From assembly GCA_963677485.1 (NCBI GenBank), contig OY781964.1, positions 2,434,980 through 2,498,979 on the forward strand: a stretch of DNA of 64,000 bases. Reading direction: 5' to 3'. Positions 1-10,182 of the stretch are shown here, piece after piece. The DNA is from Armatimonadota bacterium. GTDB taxonomy: Bacteria; Armatimonadota; HRBIN16. Below the pieces are notes generated by a model. It worked only from the letters and a program-made list of their open reading frames with translations, ran no database searches and was not told where the DNA came from. The translations under genes were made by a program, and so were the position numbers. Numbering within the stretch: the stretch's first letter is position 1; each line of letters starts with the position of its first letter.

Positions 1-1635
1 GCCTCCTACGACCCGGAGGTTATCGAGCGCGACCTAAACCACATCAAGCAGTTCGGCATGAATTCGGTCAGCATCTTCATCTACGCCGAAAATGCGAAAG
101 ACCAGAATCTGCTGGATATGCTGCGGCGCCTCGATGCCCACGGTATGAAGGCCAGCCTTGCGCTCCGTCCGGGCACACCCATCGACTTCCAGTGGAAGGA
201 CATCAGCTCCATCATCAAATATAACAGGCTGTGGGAGAACGACGCGGTGTTCGCCTATGACCTCGCCTGGGAGCCCAGCTTTGGTTCGCGTGAGGAGCGG
301 GCGATTTTTGACCCAGAGTGGGAACAGTGGATCATCGAGCGTTACGGAAGCATCGCCAACGCAGAGCGTGACTGGGGATATGCCGTGCCGCGAAAGGCAG
401 ATGGCAGCATCTCAAACCCCTCACCCGCTGAGGTCGACACCGACGGAGCCTGGCGTAGAATGACCGCCGCCTACCGGCGGTTCCTTGACACTGTGTTATA
501 CAAGAAATACGGAGCCGCCCGCCGACTGGTGCGCAGCATTGACCCCAACCACCTGGTTAGCTTCCGCATGAGCGAGGCCGCTAGCCCCACCTACCACTGG
601 GAAGGGCGGATACCATACGACTTCCCATACCTTGCCGCCGCGGTGGATTTCCTGGCTCCTGAGGGTTACGGTCGGATAGGAAGTTGGGAGGATGTCAAGC
701 CCGGTTGGTTCCAGAACGCATACGCTCGCTGGGCTGCCCCGCGTAAGCCGATGATCTGGGCTGAGGCCGGGGTGAGTGCATGGGACACCGCGCAGATGGC
801 CTCTACCCCTGCCAAGCTGGAGTTCCAGGGATCACTGTATGAGCACTACTACCGCCTCATCACCTCCAGTGCGTGCAGCGGAATCATGTATTGGTGGTAT
901 CCGGGCGGTTTCCGATACGGCGAGAACAGCGATTACGGCATCATCAATCCCGATGGCACCGACCGGCCATCCACAAAGGCGATTAAGTCGAATGGACCTG
1001 CCTTCCTGATAGGACCTTCTCGAAAGAAGACCGATATGTGGATTGGGATCGACCGCGATGCCCATACCGATGGCGTCGCGGGTATCTACAGTCAGGTGAA
1101 GGACCGCTTTTGGGATGCCATTAGCAAGGGGAAGACTCCAGGTTTGAGGACCGCCGGCACAGGCACTAACTCCTCAAATTGCTCACTGGTGGCCGTTGGT
1201 AACACCCCATGCAACGGCAGCAATCCGCCGAAATACCTTGACGCCGCGATCGACTCCGTGCAGATACTGGCAGTCGATGGCAGGTGGACAGAGGTCGCCA
1301 AAGGCGGGACCATTAAGGTCAACGCGAACAAACCGGTGCAGATGAGGGTTGAGTTCACCAACCTGGGCGAGGCAAAAATGGTGGCACCCGCGGGTTGCTT
1401 GCAAACCGGACAAGTCTATATCGTGGCAAAAGTTCATAACGCCACACTGCGTCTTCCCATCCGGGCCAGTGTGCCGCAGCAGGAGTCAGCGACTCTGCAG
1501 GGGGTGGTTGCGCCGGCTGGTCTTGTGATGCCGCAAGAGGTGGCGCTGCACTCCGAGGCGTGGGGCCGCACGCCTTTTGGCGAGCGGTTCAGTTTCACGC
1601 TTGTGGGTGGTGAGGGCGCGTCGACCGGCAGGTAG
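1..1635 (+). CDS. Glycoside hydrolase, TIM-barrel type (GH5/GH42-like), 5' partial. The reading frame is open from base 1; the first in-frame Met at 58 is probably internal.
   Basis: Frame is open from the window start and reads ...DPEVIERDLNHIKQFGMNSVSIFIY..., typical of a clan GH-A (beta/alpha)8 hydrolase N-terminal region. The long ORF ends TAG at 1633-1635. Confidence 0.6.
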   Translation, partial: ASYDPEVIERDLNHIKQFGMNSVSIFIYAENAKDQNLLDMLRRLDAHGMKASLALRPGTPIDFQWKDISSIIKYNRLWENDAVFAYDLAWEPSFGSREERAIFDPEWEQWIIERYGSIANAERDWGYAVPRKADGSISNPSPAEVDTDGAWRRMTAAYRRFLDTVLYKKYGAARRLVRSIDPNHLVSFRMSEAASPTYHWEGRIPYDFPYLAAAVDFLAPEGYGRIGSWEDVKPGWFQNAYARWAAPRKPMIWAEAGVSAWDTAQMASTPAKLEFQGSLYEHYYRLITSSACSGIMYWWYPGGFRYGENSDYGIINPDGTDRPSTKAIKSNGPAFLIGPSRKKTDMWIGIDRDAHTDGVAGIYSQVKDRFWDAISKGKTPGLRTAGTGTNSSNCSLVAVGNTPCNGSNPPKYLDAAIDSVQILAVDGRWTEVAKGGTIKVNANKPVQMRVEFTNLGEAKMVAPAGCLQTGQVYIVAKVHNATLRLPIRASVPQQESATLQGVVAPAGLVMPQEVALHSEAWGRTPFGERFSFTLVGGEGASTGR

Positions 1636-1671
1636 GGTGGGGTTCTCAACCCGCCCTGAAGGTCTTAATTG

Positions 1672-1886
1672 CCTATGTCCGGGGCGGTTTTCCCCTAACC
1701 GCGCCGGTCTTGGTCCCGTCACCAATCTATCACGGCTATCCGCCAGACCGGCGCGGTCTTGAGGTTTCTGCAACAGCTAGCCAGCAGCCAGACCGCCCCG
1801 GACATAGGCAACGCTAGACTTGGACCGGCGCGGTCTTGAGGTTTCTGCAACAGCTAGCCAGCAGCCAGACCGCCCCGAACTTAGGC
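1672..1886. repeat. REP/MITE-like palindromic element, about 1.5 units. It has terminal inverted repeats CCTATGTCCGGGGCGGT / AGACCGCCCCGGACATAGG and an inner inverted repeat ACCGCGCCGGTCT / AGACCGGCGCGGT.
   Basis: Inverted repeats are directly visible. The same unit recurs at 24971-25044, at 31531-31693 (opposite orientation) and as a 4-unit tandem array at 48646-49300. Confidence 0.8.
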
Positions 1887-2048
1887 GATTATAGGGGCGT
1901 GATGTCATGGTGGCTGGATTAATGCGTGAAAAATCCACACCCGACCAATACAGCCCTCCCGTTCGCACCCCCATGCTTGACATTCACACCCAAATCAGCT
2001 ACTCTACCCCTAAAGATCGCTCCGAAAGCTTCTTCCAGGAGAATTGGT

Positions 2049-5000
2049 ATGAACATCTCGCACAACGCTATCGACATCGCCCCATTCGCTCTGCCCAACT
2101 GCGCAGAAGGTGAAATCCGCTGGGAGGAGCCGCGCGACATCAGCCGCTTGGTGCTCCGATTCGCTACAGATCCCACCTCTGACATCATCGTGCGCTACCA
2201 GCGTAACCTCTGGCCGAACAGCCGGGTGGAGCGCGACTACAGGGGCATCGACAACGCGATGCAATATGGATGGGGAGCGGTTGACGACTGGTTCAACACG
2301 CCCTGGGTTGAGGCCAGCGTGGAGATCCGAAAGCTCGAAGCCTGTGTGTATGAGATCAGCTTCCAGCCGCTCTGCTCTGAACTACCCGATTACACCGACT
2401 ACAACGTGCAGTTCCGGCGCACTATGGGTTTGAAGATTCAAGCCGATACCCAGATAGATGAGTTGAATGTCTATACTCGCTGGGAGCCCACCTCCACCAC
2501 ACTGGAGGTCCAGCTTGACTGCGGCGGAGAAACCTCGGGCGGCATCAAGGCGGTGCATTGCTACAACACGGTGATTGAGGGCATCGACGGGCAGCTCTCA
2601 GACCGCAGCTTCAGAGTGCGTTTCAGACACCTGCAGGCTGCGATGGCCCATGCGGGTGATACCGGGCATGTGCGGTTTGAGCTAGACCATGACCAGTTCA
2701 CCATCTCGCTGGAATCCCTGGCCAAGCAGGGCCCCATCTGGTATGAACCGGAGCATATCTATACCAAACGTGCTGACGACCGGACCAGCTTTGAGGACTA
2801 CCTGCAGTCCATTGAGGGTGCCTCCACGTTGAATCAACGCGTGCTGGCCACCCACGACCAGGGTCTCGGTGGGGCTCTGATGGGCCAACCCCGCGCCCAT
2901 CCAGTGTCCAACAGCATCGGGTGCAAGTATGCCCGGCAGCGGTTCTGGGTGGAGTATAACGGTGACCTGGTGCTGACCAAGTCCAACATCGACTTAGTGA
3001 CGATGAGCGATACCCCACGCTATCTGAACAAATCGGATGCGCGACTGTTCTTTGGATTGGAGTCGTGGCGCAGCATGGGGCGGTTCGCTGACCCGTCACC
3101 TGTGCTCGCGCAGAACCTGCATTTCGTGTCTGACGGCCTGGTTTGCGAACAGAAGAGCTATGCCATCCCGTTGTTGAAGGGTATCGATGAGCCGTTGACG
3201 GGGGATGACAGCATCATTGCGATGGTGCGCATGCGCTTCCGCAATGACGGCTTCATGCTCATCAAAATGGAGCTGCCGCTGGAGTATTCAGCCGAATCAG
3301 CCCGTTCCAGCAACCGCACGGGAGCTGGTCATTATGACAAGAACACCAATGACTACCTGGTGCCCCTCAGCCCGCGCGAGCCGTTGACCATTGAACGAGA
3401 GAAAGGCACCACGCTGGTCTACGGTCGGCATGATGGCCAGAAAGTGCTGCGTTTCATGATCGATGCTGACAGTGATGTGCAAATCTCCACCACCGAGACG
3501 GGGCTGGTGATCAGCCAAATGCTGAAACCCGGCGAGGGCTGCGAGGCCATTATCAAGCTGCCCTTCATCGCCCTCGACAGGCCTGATGAGTTGGCGGCCC
3601 TGCAGGATCTCAGCTTCGAGAATGGCTACCAGCAGATTCGAAAATACTGGTATGATCAAGCCGCCTTCGGCACGCAGCTCCACACCCCAGAAGCGCGATT
3701 GAATGAGCTGCACGCCATCCACCCCGCACATGTCGGCACCGCGGATGTGGGCATGAGCGACGAGCCGGATCTAGTGAACACCTCGGTGGGCTCATCGACA
3801 TATGGCAACTTCGTGAACGAATCGGTGATGATCATGCAGGAGCTGGATGAACGCGGTCTGCATGATGAGGTGCGCCGACGGCTGGCGGTCTGGCTGAAAT
3901 ACCAGGGACAGATAGGACTGACCGGAAACTTCAGCGACCATGACGGCGTGTTTTACGCTGCAGGCGGTTTTGAAATGGGTGAGACCTACAGCCAGCACCA
4001 CGGTTGGGCCCTCTGGGGGTTCGCGGAGCATTATTTCATGACTCGCGACAAAGAATGGTTCAGTTCGATCGCACCCCAGCTCATCAACGGGGGCGATTGG
4101 GTGTTCCGGCAGCGTGCTTTGACTATGGAACCACTGCCGCATTCACGGGGATGGGAACACGGCTTCATGCCCGCAGCCAGCCTGGAGGACGTGGCCGACT
4201 ACTTCTACTGGCTAACCACCAACACCATGAGCTGGAAGGGTGTAGACCGCCTGGCTGCCGCTTTCGAGGCATGCAAACATCCGGAGGCGGCGCGACTGCG
4301 TCAGGAGGCCGATGCGTTCAAAGCCGACCTGCTGCGGGGCTTCAATACCGCCCGGCAGCACAGCCCCATCGTGCGCCTTCGGGACGGCCGGTGGGTGCCG
4401 CACACTCCCAGCCGGTTGTATCGGCGCGGGCGTGATTCGGGCTGGATCAGGGAGGTGCTGGAGGGCTCAGTCTACCTGGTGATGATGGGACTGATCGATC
4501 CAAACAGCAAACAGGCGGGCTGGATTCTGGACGATTATCAGGACAACCGCTACATCAGCGAGGACTACGGCTACCCCATCTACGATGTGAAACACTTCTG
4601 GTATGACAGCGGCGGGTTCTCCTGCCAGCCGAACCTTTTGGCCGGACTGATGCCGCATCTGGACAGAGATGAAATAGAGGTCTACCTGTGGATGTTCTAC
4701 AACGCCTGGGCGGCCACTTATCGCGAAGAGACCAATGCGATGGTGGAGCACCCCATGCCGGTGCTGGGGCAGTCCAACTCCGCGTGGGTGAAGACCAGCG
4801 ACCAGGCGAACTCCCAGAGGTGGCTGCGTTACATGTTTGTGTATGCCCCGCATGATGTGCTCTACATCGGCAGGGCGGTTCCCAGAGGGTGGCTGAAGAG
4901 CACCAAGCCGGTGGGCGTCAAAAGGGCAGCGACGCATTTTGGTGTGGTCGATGCCGCGTACATAGCCATGCCATCCAGGTATACCATCAGGCTAGATATC

Positions 5001-5186
5001 CAACTTAACCTACACTCCACACCGGAACGCATCATCGCCCGGTTCCGGCATCCTGAGAAAAAGCCCATCATCGATCTGCGAGTGAACGGAATGCTTCATG
5101 AGCAGTATGATCCGGTCACCGGTGATGTGGATATTACGGGTTTCACTGGGAAAGTAAGTGTAGAGGCAAGATATGAATCTTTATAA
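2049..5186 (+). CDS. Large hypothetical protein (about 1045 aa), possibly glycoside-hydrolase-like with an (alpha/alpha)6-barrel. The ORF-track start at 1926 lies inside the REP element.
   Basis: Long uninterrupted ORF. The ATG at 2049 is preceded by GGAGAA. The central region (HHGWALWGFAEHYF, NGGDWVFRQ) resembles six-hairpin glycosidases. Family not assigned. Confidence 0.6.
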   Translation: MNISHNAIDIAPFALPNCAEGEIRWEEPRDISRLVLRFATDPTSDIIVRYQRNLWPNSRVERDYRGIDNAMQYGWGAVDDWFNTPWVEASVEIRKLEACVYEISFQPLCSELPDYTDYNVQFRRTMGLKIQADTQIDELNVYTRWEPTSTTLEVQLDCGGETSGGIKAVHCYNTVIEGIDGQLSDRSFRVRFRHLQAAMAHAGDTGHVRFELDHDQFTISLESLAKQGPIWYEPEHIYTKRADDRTSFEDYLQSIEGASTLNQRVLATHDQGLGGALMGQPRAHPVSNSIGCKYARQRFWVEYNGDLVLTKSNIDLVTMSDTPRYLNKSDARLFFGLESWRSMGRFADPSPVLAQNLHFVSDGLVCEQKSYAIPLLKGIDEPLTGDDSIIAMVRMRFRNDGFMLIKMELPLEYSAESARSSNRTGAGHYDKNTNDYLVPLSPREPLTIEREKGTTLVYGRHDGQKVLRFMIDADSDVQISTTETGLVISQMLKPGEGCEAIIKLPFIALDRPDELAALQDLSFENGYQQIRKYWYDQAAFGTQLHTPEARLNELHAIHPAHVGTADVGMSDEPDLVNTSVGSSTYGNFVNESVMIMQELDERGLHDEVRRRLAVWLKYQGQIGLTGNFSDHDGVFYAAGGFEMGETYSQHHGWALWGFAEHYFMTRDKEWFSSIAPQLINGGDWVFRQRALTMEPLPHSRGWEHGFMPAASLEDVADYFYWLTTNTMSWKGVDRLAAAFEACKHPEAARLRQEADAFKADLLRGFNTARQHSPIVRLRDGRWVPHTPSRLYRRGRDSGWIREVLEGSVYLVMMGLIDPNSKQAGWILDDYQDNRYISEDYGYPIYDVKHFWYDSGGFSCQPNLLAGLMPHLDRDEIEVYLWMFYNAWAATYREETNAMVEHPMPVLGQSNSAWVKTSDQANSQRWLRYMFVYAPHDVLYIGRAVPRGWLKSTKPVGVKRAATHFGVVDAAYIAMPSRYTIRLDIQLNLHSTPERIIARFRHPEKKPIIDLRVNGMLHEQYDPVTGDVDITGFTGKVSVEARYESL

Positions 5187-5282
5187 GGGTGGGATCCGGT
5201 TTGTGAAAAGCGACTGCTATGTACCGCTTGAAGAGGCGCATACCGGCCACCCGGTGAGCTAAAAGTAGACCAGAGCCTTCCT

Positions 5283-5486
5283 ATGGGCCGTGGCTGCATC
5301 GTGCGGCTGGACGACTCCGACATCCCCCACTGGAGCACCTCCATCGCGCAGGTACTGCGCCAGATGGCGGCCAGTCAGCCCGATCTGCACGGGGTGAACC
5401 CCAGGCAAGATGGCAAGTTCCGCACCCAGTTTTCCGATGGCTGGTTGAGTTTCGATCCGAAGACGGGCACGACGCGCTGGGAGTAA
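5283..5486 (+). pseudogene. Orphan C-terminal fragment (about 65 codons) paralogous to the C-terminus of the CDS at 7021-8712.
   Basis: The translation GRGCIVRLDDSDIPHWSTSIAQVLRQMAASQPDLHGVNPRQDGKFRTQFSDGWLSFDPKTGTTRWE aligns residue for residue with ...GRGRIVRLDDADIVRWSAAIAQMLRQMAAKQPELHGVNPKQDGKWRTQFTDRWLSYDPKTGKTRWE at the end of 7021-8712. No upstream coding continuation exists. Confidence 0.7.
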
Positions 5487-5695
5487 TCTCGATTCGCGGA
5501 TGATGCGGGTTTCTGGGGGCCTTCGGTCCAATCTGTCCGAACCGGCGGGAATGGTAACCTGCGAATGGATCCGACAGTAATATTACCTGTTTTTGGGCAT
5601 ACCGAGGTGTAAACGAAGTATCTATGAAGCTTATATGTGTTACGATTATAGACGATATCTAGTCTTTTTAGCGATCATATGTGGAGGGCCAACAA

Positions 5696-6376
5696 ATGAT
5701 ACATCGTAAAGCCTTTACGATCTTGGAGCTGCTAGTCGTCATTGCCATTATTGGTGTGTTGGCCGCAGTGTTATTCCCGGTCATCATGGGCGCCAAGCAG
5801 AAGAGCAAAAAGGTAGTGTGTCTATCGAACCTTCACCAGTGCGGTGTAGCACTTAGGTTGTATATGGACGACTATGGCACCAATGTTCCGCCAGACACCG
5901 CTGTGGCACGTGAACTACTTAAGAAACAACCCACCTGCTGTCCCAACGACAAAGAGTGGACAAAAGGCTGCACACAGCAGTTTGGACCGCCCATGATTGG
6001 ATCCTATGCCTATGTTCGCGCTATTCCCGGCATGGAGAAAGTGCCTGATGATAAACTCACCCATTTTTTCAACTTGAAGAGTTCGGATTTTTATAACAAC
6101 GAAGGTGTGATATGGATGGCTGATGTATTCCATTCGTCGCACGGAATACCTGCTCCATACTATGTTGATAAGGAAAGCCTCCCCGAGTATTGGAAAAGAG
6201 TAAACACAGACCGAACTTACATGCCAGACAATCAGATCCGACTGTTCGATGACGGTCATGTGAGTATGAGTAAACCTACCACCATACATACTGCTATTGG
6301 ATCGACGAACATCGGATTTGCCTGGGGAACTGTGTTTGAGCTAGACGACGGCATGAGCAATGAATTCCAGCACTAG
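5696..6376 (+). CDS. Prepilin-type N-terminal cleavage/methylation domain protein. It is a pseudopilin-like, DUF1559-type protein with an H-X9-DG motif.
   Basis: N-terminus reads MIHRKAFTILELLVVIAIIGVLAAVLFPV, followed by ...KVVCLSNLHQCGVALRLY. The C-terminal end carries ...RLFDDGHV. GGAGGG lies 8 nt upstream of the ATG at 5696. The region is AT-richer than its flanks. Confidence 0.8.
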   Translation: MIHRKAFTILELLVVIAIIGVLAAVLFPVIMGAKQKSKKVVCLSNLHQCGVALRLYMDDYGTNVPPDTAVARELLKKQPTCCPNDKEWTKGCTQQFGPPMIGSYAYVRAIPGMEKVPDDKLTHFFNLKSSDFYNNEGVIWMADVFHSSHGIPAPYYVDKESLPEYWKRVNTDRTYMPDNQIRLFDDGHVSMSKPTTIHTAIGSTNIGFAWGTVFELDDGMSNEFQH

Positions 6377-6405
6377 AAGTTCGTTGAATATAACACATAC
6401 ATGAT

Positions 6406-6942
6406 TTGGAGGTCGCAGGCTTGATAGATAACATACGGAATGCCATATTGTGCATATACTCTTCGCTGCGTGATGACATCACCTCAAATAAGAAACTGGC
6501 GGTGGCTTACGTGTTTATACTTTTTCTGACTGGGTGTATAACGGCACTTATATGGTATTTGTTCATGGTACCAACGGAAACGACCATAAGGCCGGTTGGG
6601 CCACCTCCGGCAGGTAGCTTTATCACTCTATTCCATATAGCTATTTTTGCGTTGACAATTGTCAGCATTGCTTGTTTATTAAGGTGGTACTGGCCACTAT
6701 TTGCGATGATGCTGTTTATCTATTTCAGTTGGTCGATGTATTTGGCATCCACCGCCATGAGCAATGATCCAAATGGAGTAGACCGTATGGGTGTGTTCCT
6801 CATCATATTCCCAACCGCATTGGTAACACTAGCCGTCCCATCATTGGTGTTCTATGTATTGTGTTTCCTGGCACAGTTGCCACGTCCACAAAGCAGGGGT
6901 TGGGGAGCGTTCCTGAGGGAGCATCAATCGATAGGTAAGTAG
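6406..6942 (+). CDS. Hypothetical multi-pass membrane protein; the start codon is uncertain (TTG at 6406 or an internal start).
   Basis: ORF with several hydrophobic helices (LAVAYVFILFLTGCITALIWYLFMV, IAIFALTIVSIACLL, GVFLIIFPTALVTLAVPSLVFYVLCFL). It lies in an AT-rich island. Confidence 0.4.
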   Translation: MEVAGLIDNIRNAILCIYSSLRDDITSNKKLAVAYVFILFLTGCITALIWYLFMVPTETTIRPVGPPPAGSFITLFHIAIFALTIVSIACLLRWYWPLFAMMLFIYFSWSMYLASTAMSNDPNGVDRMGVFLIIFPTALVTLAVPSLVFYVLCFLAQLPRPQSRGWGAFLREHQSIGK

Positions 6943-7020
6943 AGCCGATTCGCGATCGACCCCCTCCAAACCGTCGCGGTTGGCTGGAGTAGTGACAAGA
7001 TAATAAGGTGAGAATTTCGA

Positions 7021-8712
7021 ATGCCATATAACGCCGACAAGATGCACTTCGCCTCCGGCGTGTTGATGCTGCCCGATTTTCCGGGCTGTAACAACCGGGG
7101 CGTGATCACCGATCAGATGGTGCCCGGTCACGACCATGTGGAAGCCTACCTCTTCTGGCGGATGCTGGAGCCTCAGCAAGACCGGTGGCAATGGGATAAG
7201 GTCGACGAAATTTTGGAGCTGATGAAGCCCCGCGGCCAAAAGATGCTGGCCACCCCATGGTTGAACTACGCCCCCAAGTGGTTTGTGAACAGCGACCGTT
7301 ATGTGCCCCTCCAGGAGATGCACACCGGCAAGACCGTCGACCTGCTTTCCATCTGGGCTCCTGGCACCTGGTGGGTGTATGAGCACTTCTACAAGCAACT
7401 GGCAGCGAAATACGGCGATCAGATCGACATCATAAAGGTCAGCCTGCCCAGCTCCGACTTTGGCGAGGTGGGTTACCCCATGGGGGTGGCCGACTTCACC
7501 TCAGGTAGGATGTATGGTGAGCCGTTCCCGCAGTCCAAGGACGCCTGGCATATGGGCATGTGGTGCGGCGACCCGTATGCGGTGGCGAGCTTCCGCAAGG
7601 CGATGTCTCAGCCTTACCGCTCGCTGGGTGCTCTGAACAAGCTTTGGTGCACGAGCTACACGCACTGGGACCAACTGGAAATGATGCGGATAGAGGATCG
7701 CAAGCAGTGCACTCAGCGCTGGCTTGACCTAATGGCCTGGTACAACAACAGTCAGGTAGAGGCCACACGCAAGGCCATGAAGATCGTGCGAAAGTACTTC
7801 CCGAAAGCCTATCTGGAGGTACCGCTGGGTTACGGCTGCGATCTGCCGCAATACGGCTGCGACCGCACGGCTCTGTGCCGCGTGGTGGGCGAGTTCGGCA
7901 ACGCTGCCGTGCGCAGCACGCACGGCAGCTTCAACCGATGGGTTGTGCCTGCTGCATACTGGTTCTATAAGCGTATGGCACCGGTCTGCCACAGATACGG
8001 CGCAGGTTTTGGTACAGAGCCGCCCGGTGGAGACCTCACGCCAGCCGAGATGAAACGGCAGCTTTTTGAGGATGCCAGCGGAGGTGTGAATCTGCTGTAT
8101 AGTTATTATCAAAACTGGCACACGCTGCCGGATGTAGCCAAACAATGGAGCACCTTCTGCCGACCTTCGAAGCTCTCTATGGTCTCAGTGGGTGTGATCT
8201 ATTCCAACACTCAGATGGCCCTTGACCTCGCCGAATACCCCGTCGGGCAGTGGGAGCTGTTCGACGCACTTCGCCCCACAGTGGACATGGATGTGGTCGA
8301 TGAACACATGATGAGCTGGGGCTGGCTGTCGCAATACAAGCTGCTGATCAACACCAACGGCAAGACATATCCCAAAGAGTGCCTGAGCCTTCTGTGGAAG
8401 TGGCTGCAAAAAGGCGGGGTGCTGATCACCCGCGGCGGGTCAACGTTGTCGGACGTCGAGGGGCGCGCCTGGCCTATCGGGGAGCTGAATGTGGAACAGA
8501 GCGTCCCCGTGGGCCGTGGGCGCATCGTGCGGCTGGACGATGCAGATATTGTGCGTTGGAGTGCTGCCATCGCCCAGATGCTGCGGCAGATGGCCGCCAA
8601 ACAGCCAGAGCTACACGGCGTGAACCCCAAGCAGGACGGTAAATGGCGCACGCAGTTCACCGACCGATGGCTGAGCTACGACCCGAAGACGGGCAAAACC
8701 CGCTGGGAGTAG
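7021..8712 (+). CDS. Glycoside hydrolase, GH42-like (beta-galactosidase family) TIM-barrel protein.
   Basis: Motif YLFWRMLEPQQDRWQWDKVDEILELMKPRGQKMLATPWLNYAPKWF matches the GH42/GH35-type W..LEP..G.Y.W..D.V...P.W arrangement. GAGAA lies upstream of the ATG. Confidence 0.55.
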   Translation: MPYNADKMHFASGVLMLPDFPGCNNRGVITDQMVPGHDHVEAYLFWRMLEPQQDRWQWDKVDEILELMKPRGQKMLATPWLNYAPKWFVNSDRYVPLQEMHTGKTVDLLSIWAPGTWWVYEHFYKQLAAKYGDQIDIIKVSLPSSDFGEVGYPMGVADFTSGRMYGEPFPQSKDAWHMGMWCGDPYAVASFRKAMSQPYRSLGALNKLWCTSYTHWDQLEMMRIEDRKQCTQRWLDLMAWYNNSQVEATRKAMKIVRKYFPKAYLEVPLGYGCDLPQYGCDRTALCRVVGEFGNAAVRSTHGSFNRWVVPAAYWFYKRMAPVCHRYGAGFGTEPPGGDLTPAEMKRQLFEDASGGVNLLYSYYQNWHTLPDVAKQWSTFCRPSKLSMVSVGVIYSNTQMALDLAEYPVGQWELFDALRPTVDMDVVDEHMMSWGWLSQYKLLINTNGKTYPKECLSLLWKWLQKGGVLITRGGSTLSDVEGRAWPIGELNVEQSVPVGRGRIVRLDDADIVRWSAAIAQMLRQMAAKQPELHGVNPKQDGKWRTQFTDRWLSYDPKTGKTRWE

Positions 8713-8740
8713 GGGCCATTGGCGGGTTTGTGTCAAGCTT

Positions 8741-9083
8741 CATCGGTCGGATCGGTCGGATCCGTCCGATGAATGGTGCGTCACGTGGCACGGATGGCGG
8801 GTACACAACGCAATGGCGCAAAGGTGCAAGGGACGCAGAGGGGTATTCCATCCGCGTTCATCTGCGTCCATCCGCGGTTTAGGTAATCTTTCGCAGCAGG
8901 GGTGCCCACCGTCCGCTTCACCGGACCGGTACTGATCAGCGATGGGTGACAAGGCTCGCTTTAGCGGGTTGCCGGAACCCGTCGCACATGACCGCGTAGC
9001 GCGGACGACGGGCATCCAACGCAATGGCGCAAAGGGGCAAGGGACGCAGAGGACCATCCCATCAGTCCCCATCCGCGGTTCAC
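8741..9083. repeat. Word-repeat island W1. It holds two copies of ...ACGCAATGGCGCAAAGG[TG]GCAAGGGACGCAGAGG...CCATCCGCGGTT, plus CATCGGTCGGATCGGTCGGATCCGTCCGATGAATGG.
   Basis: Direct reading: 9-10-bp periodic variants of a decamer. The module CCATCCGCGTTCATCTGCGTCCATCCGCGGTTTAGG is shared with 10192-10268. Confidence 0.8.
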
Positions 9084-9199
9084 AAAAAAACTAATATGCC
9101 TGTTAAGCAGTTGACATTTATTGAAACGAAGGCGTATAGTCATATCATGCTGTAAAGGAAATGGACCCAATCCGCATGAGTGGGAGAGCCAACCGTAGA

Positions 9200-9413
9200 T
9201 ATGACTCGCCTCGTCGTCTTTTTCCATGGATGGCAGCCGTTCCTTCTGGTTGTTGTATTCTTGCTGATGTTCATGAACCGCAAACGACCAGACTACAAAG
9301 CGCGCGGTGTGCTGATCTGCACTGCCGCAGTGTTGGTCTTTACGCCAGTAGTTGGGTGTGTCCAAGGCATGCGCTACAATCTCAGTATCGTCGTAATGGT
9401 ATTAAGTTGGTAA
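9200..9413 (+). CDS. Possible small membrane protein (about 71 aa); weak call.
   Basis: Hydrophobic two-helix ORF (LVVFFHGWQPFLLVVVFLLMFM...VLICTAAVLVFTPVVGCV). It overlaps an alternative ORF at 9161-9517 in another frame. No strong RBS. Confidence 0.25.
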
Positions 9414-9557
9414 AGTCGTCTACGCCCCAGCATATAGTGCAAGACGGATCTGGTATCATGGCTACGATATGTGGCCAGAGTTATGACATTCATATGGGTG
9501 ACGTGAAGGGATATTAAACGTCTACCAGAAACTTCGTATGTGCAAAGGAGTGTTGAA

Positions 9558-10151
9558 ATGGATCAAGAATGTTCTGTGTGCGGCCGAGTGCAGCCTGTAG
9601 AAAGTCGCTATTGCCCTTACTGTGGTGCCGATCGTCAGACCTCAAGCCGGCGTGACGACGGTGTGCAGTCAATAAAGTCCTACATATTACGTATAGTTTT
9701 AATATTAGTGGCTGTGTTTGTCGTGATCCCGGGGTTGGTAAGGCTTATCGTGGGGTTGTTTGTGGTTTCCTATTTCGGATCATCGCCGGTGCCAGAACAG
9801 CAGGTGCAGGTCAGTAATCCATCGACACCAGAAGTGCATACTACACAGACCTCTGGCGGCGTTCTTGGCGGCGGTAGTGTTAAAGCACCAAAACATATAT
9901 CGGGTTCGATCCGCACTTACAACGGCAACACGCCAGTGAACACACCCCACCAGTTTATGTCAATATCAAAATATCGTATACCGGGAATGAAGATATATGT
10001 AAAAGTAGGGGCTGGCGTATACACATATCACGCAGCTTACATCAGCGATGATGGGATTAATTGTGATGTGCGATTCCCAGATGGGTCGGTCGGAAGGATG
10101 GAGAACCGTGCTCTCAATAAACTATATACCGACTATTTGGCCCCTCGCTAG
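9558..10151 (+). CDS. Zinc-ribbon domain membrane protein, hypothetical.
   Basis: N-terminus MDQECSVCGRVQPVESRYCPYCGAD (CxxC...CxxC), then a transmembrane helix ILRIVLILVAVFVVIPGLVRLIVGLFVV and an extracytoplasmic tail. AAGGAG lies 8 nt upstream of the ATG at 9558. Confidence 0.6.
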   Translation: MDQECSVCGRVQPVESRYCPYCGADRQTSSRRDDGVQSIKSYILRIVLILVAVFVVIPGLVRLIVGLFVVSYFGSSPVPEQQVQVSNPSTPEVHTTQTSGGVLGGGSVKAPKHISGSIRTYNGNTPVNTPHQFMSISKYRIPGMKIYVKVGAGVYTYHAAYISDDGINCDVRFPDGSVGRMENRALNKLYTDYLAPR

Positions 10152-10182
10152 CCGGGTTAAGGGGGAATATCAATCCACAGAT

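Noticed and set aside
1926-2048. The N-terminal extension of the large protein (ORF-track start at 1926, MKNPHPTNTALPFAP...).
   Set aside because: The extension overlaps the REP/MITE element at 1672-1886 and its flank. The internal ATG at 2049 has a GGAGAA ribosome-binding site and begins the segment with normal coding composition.
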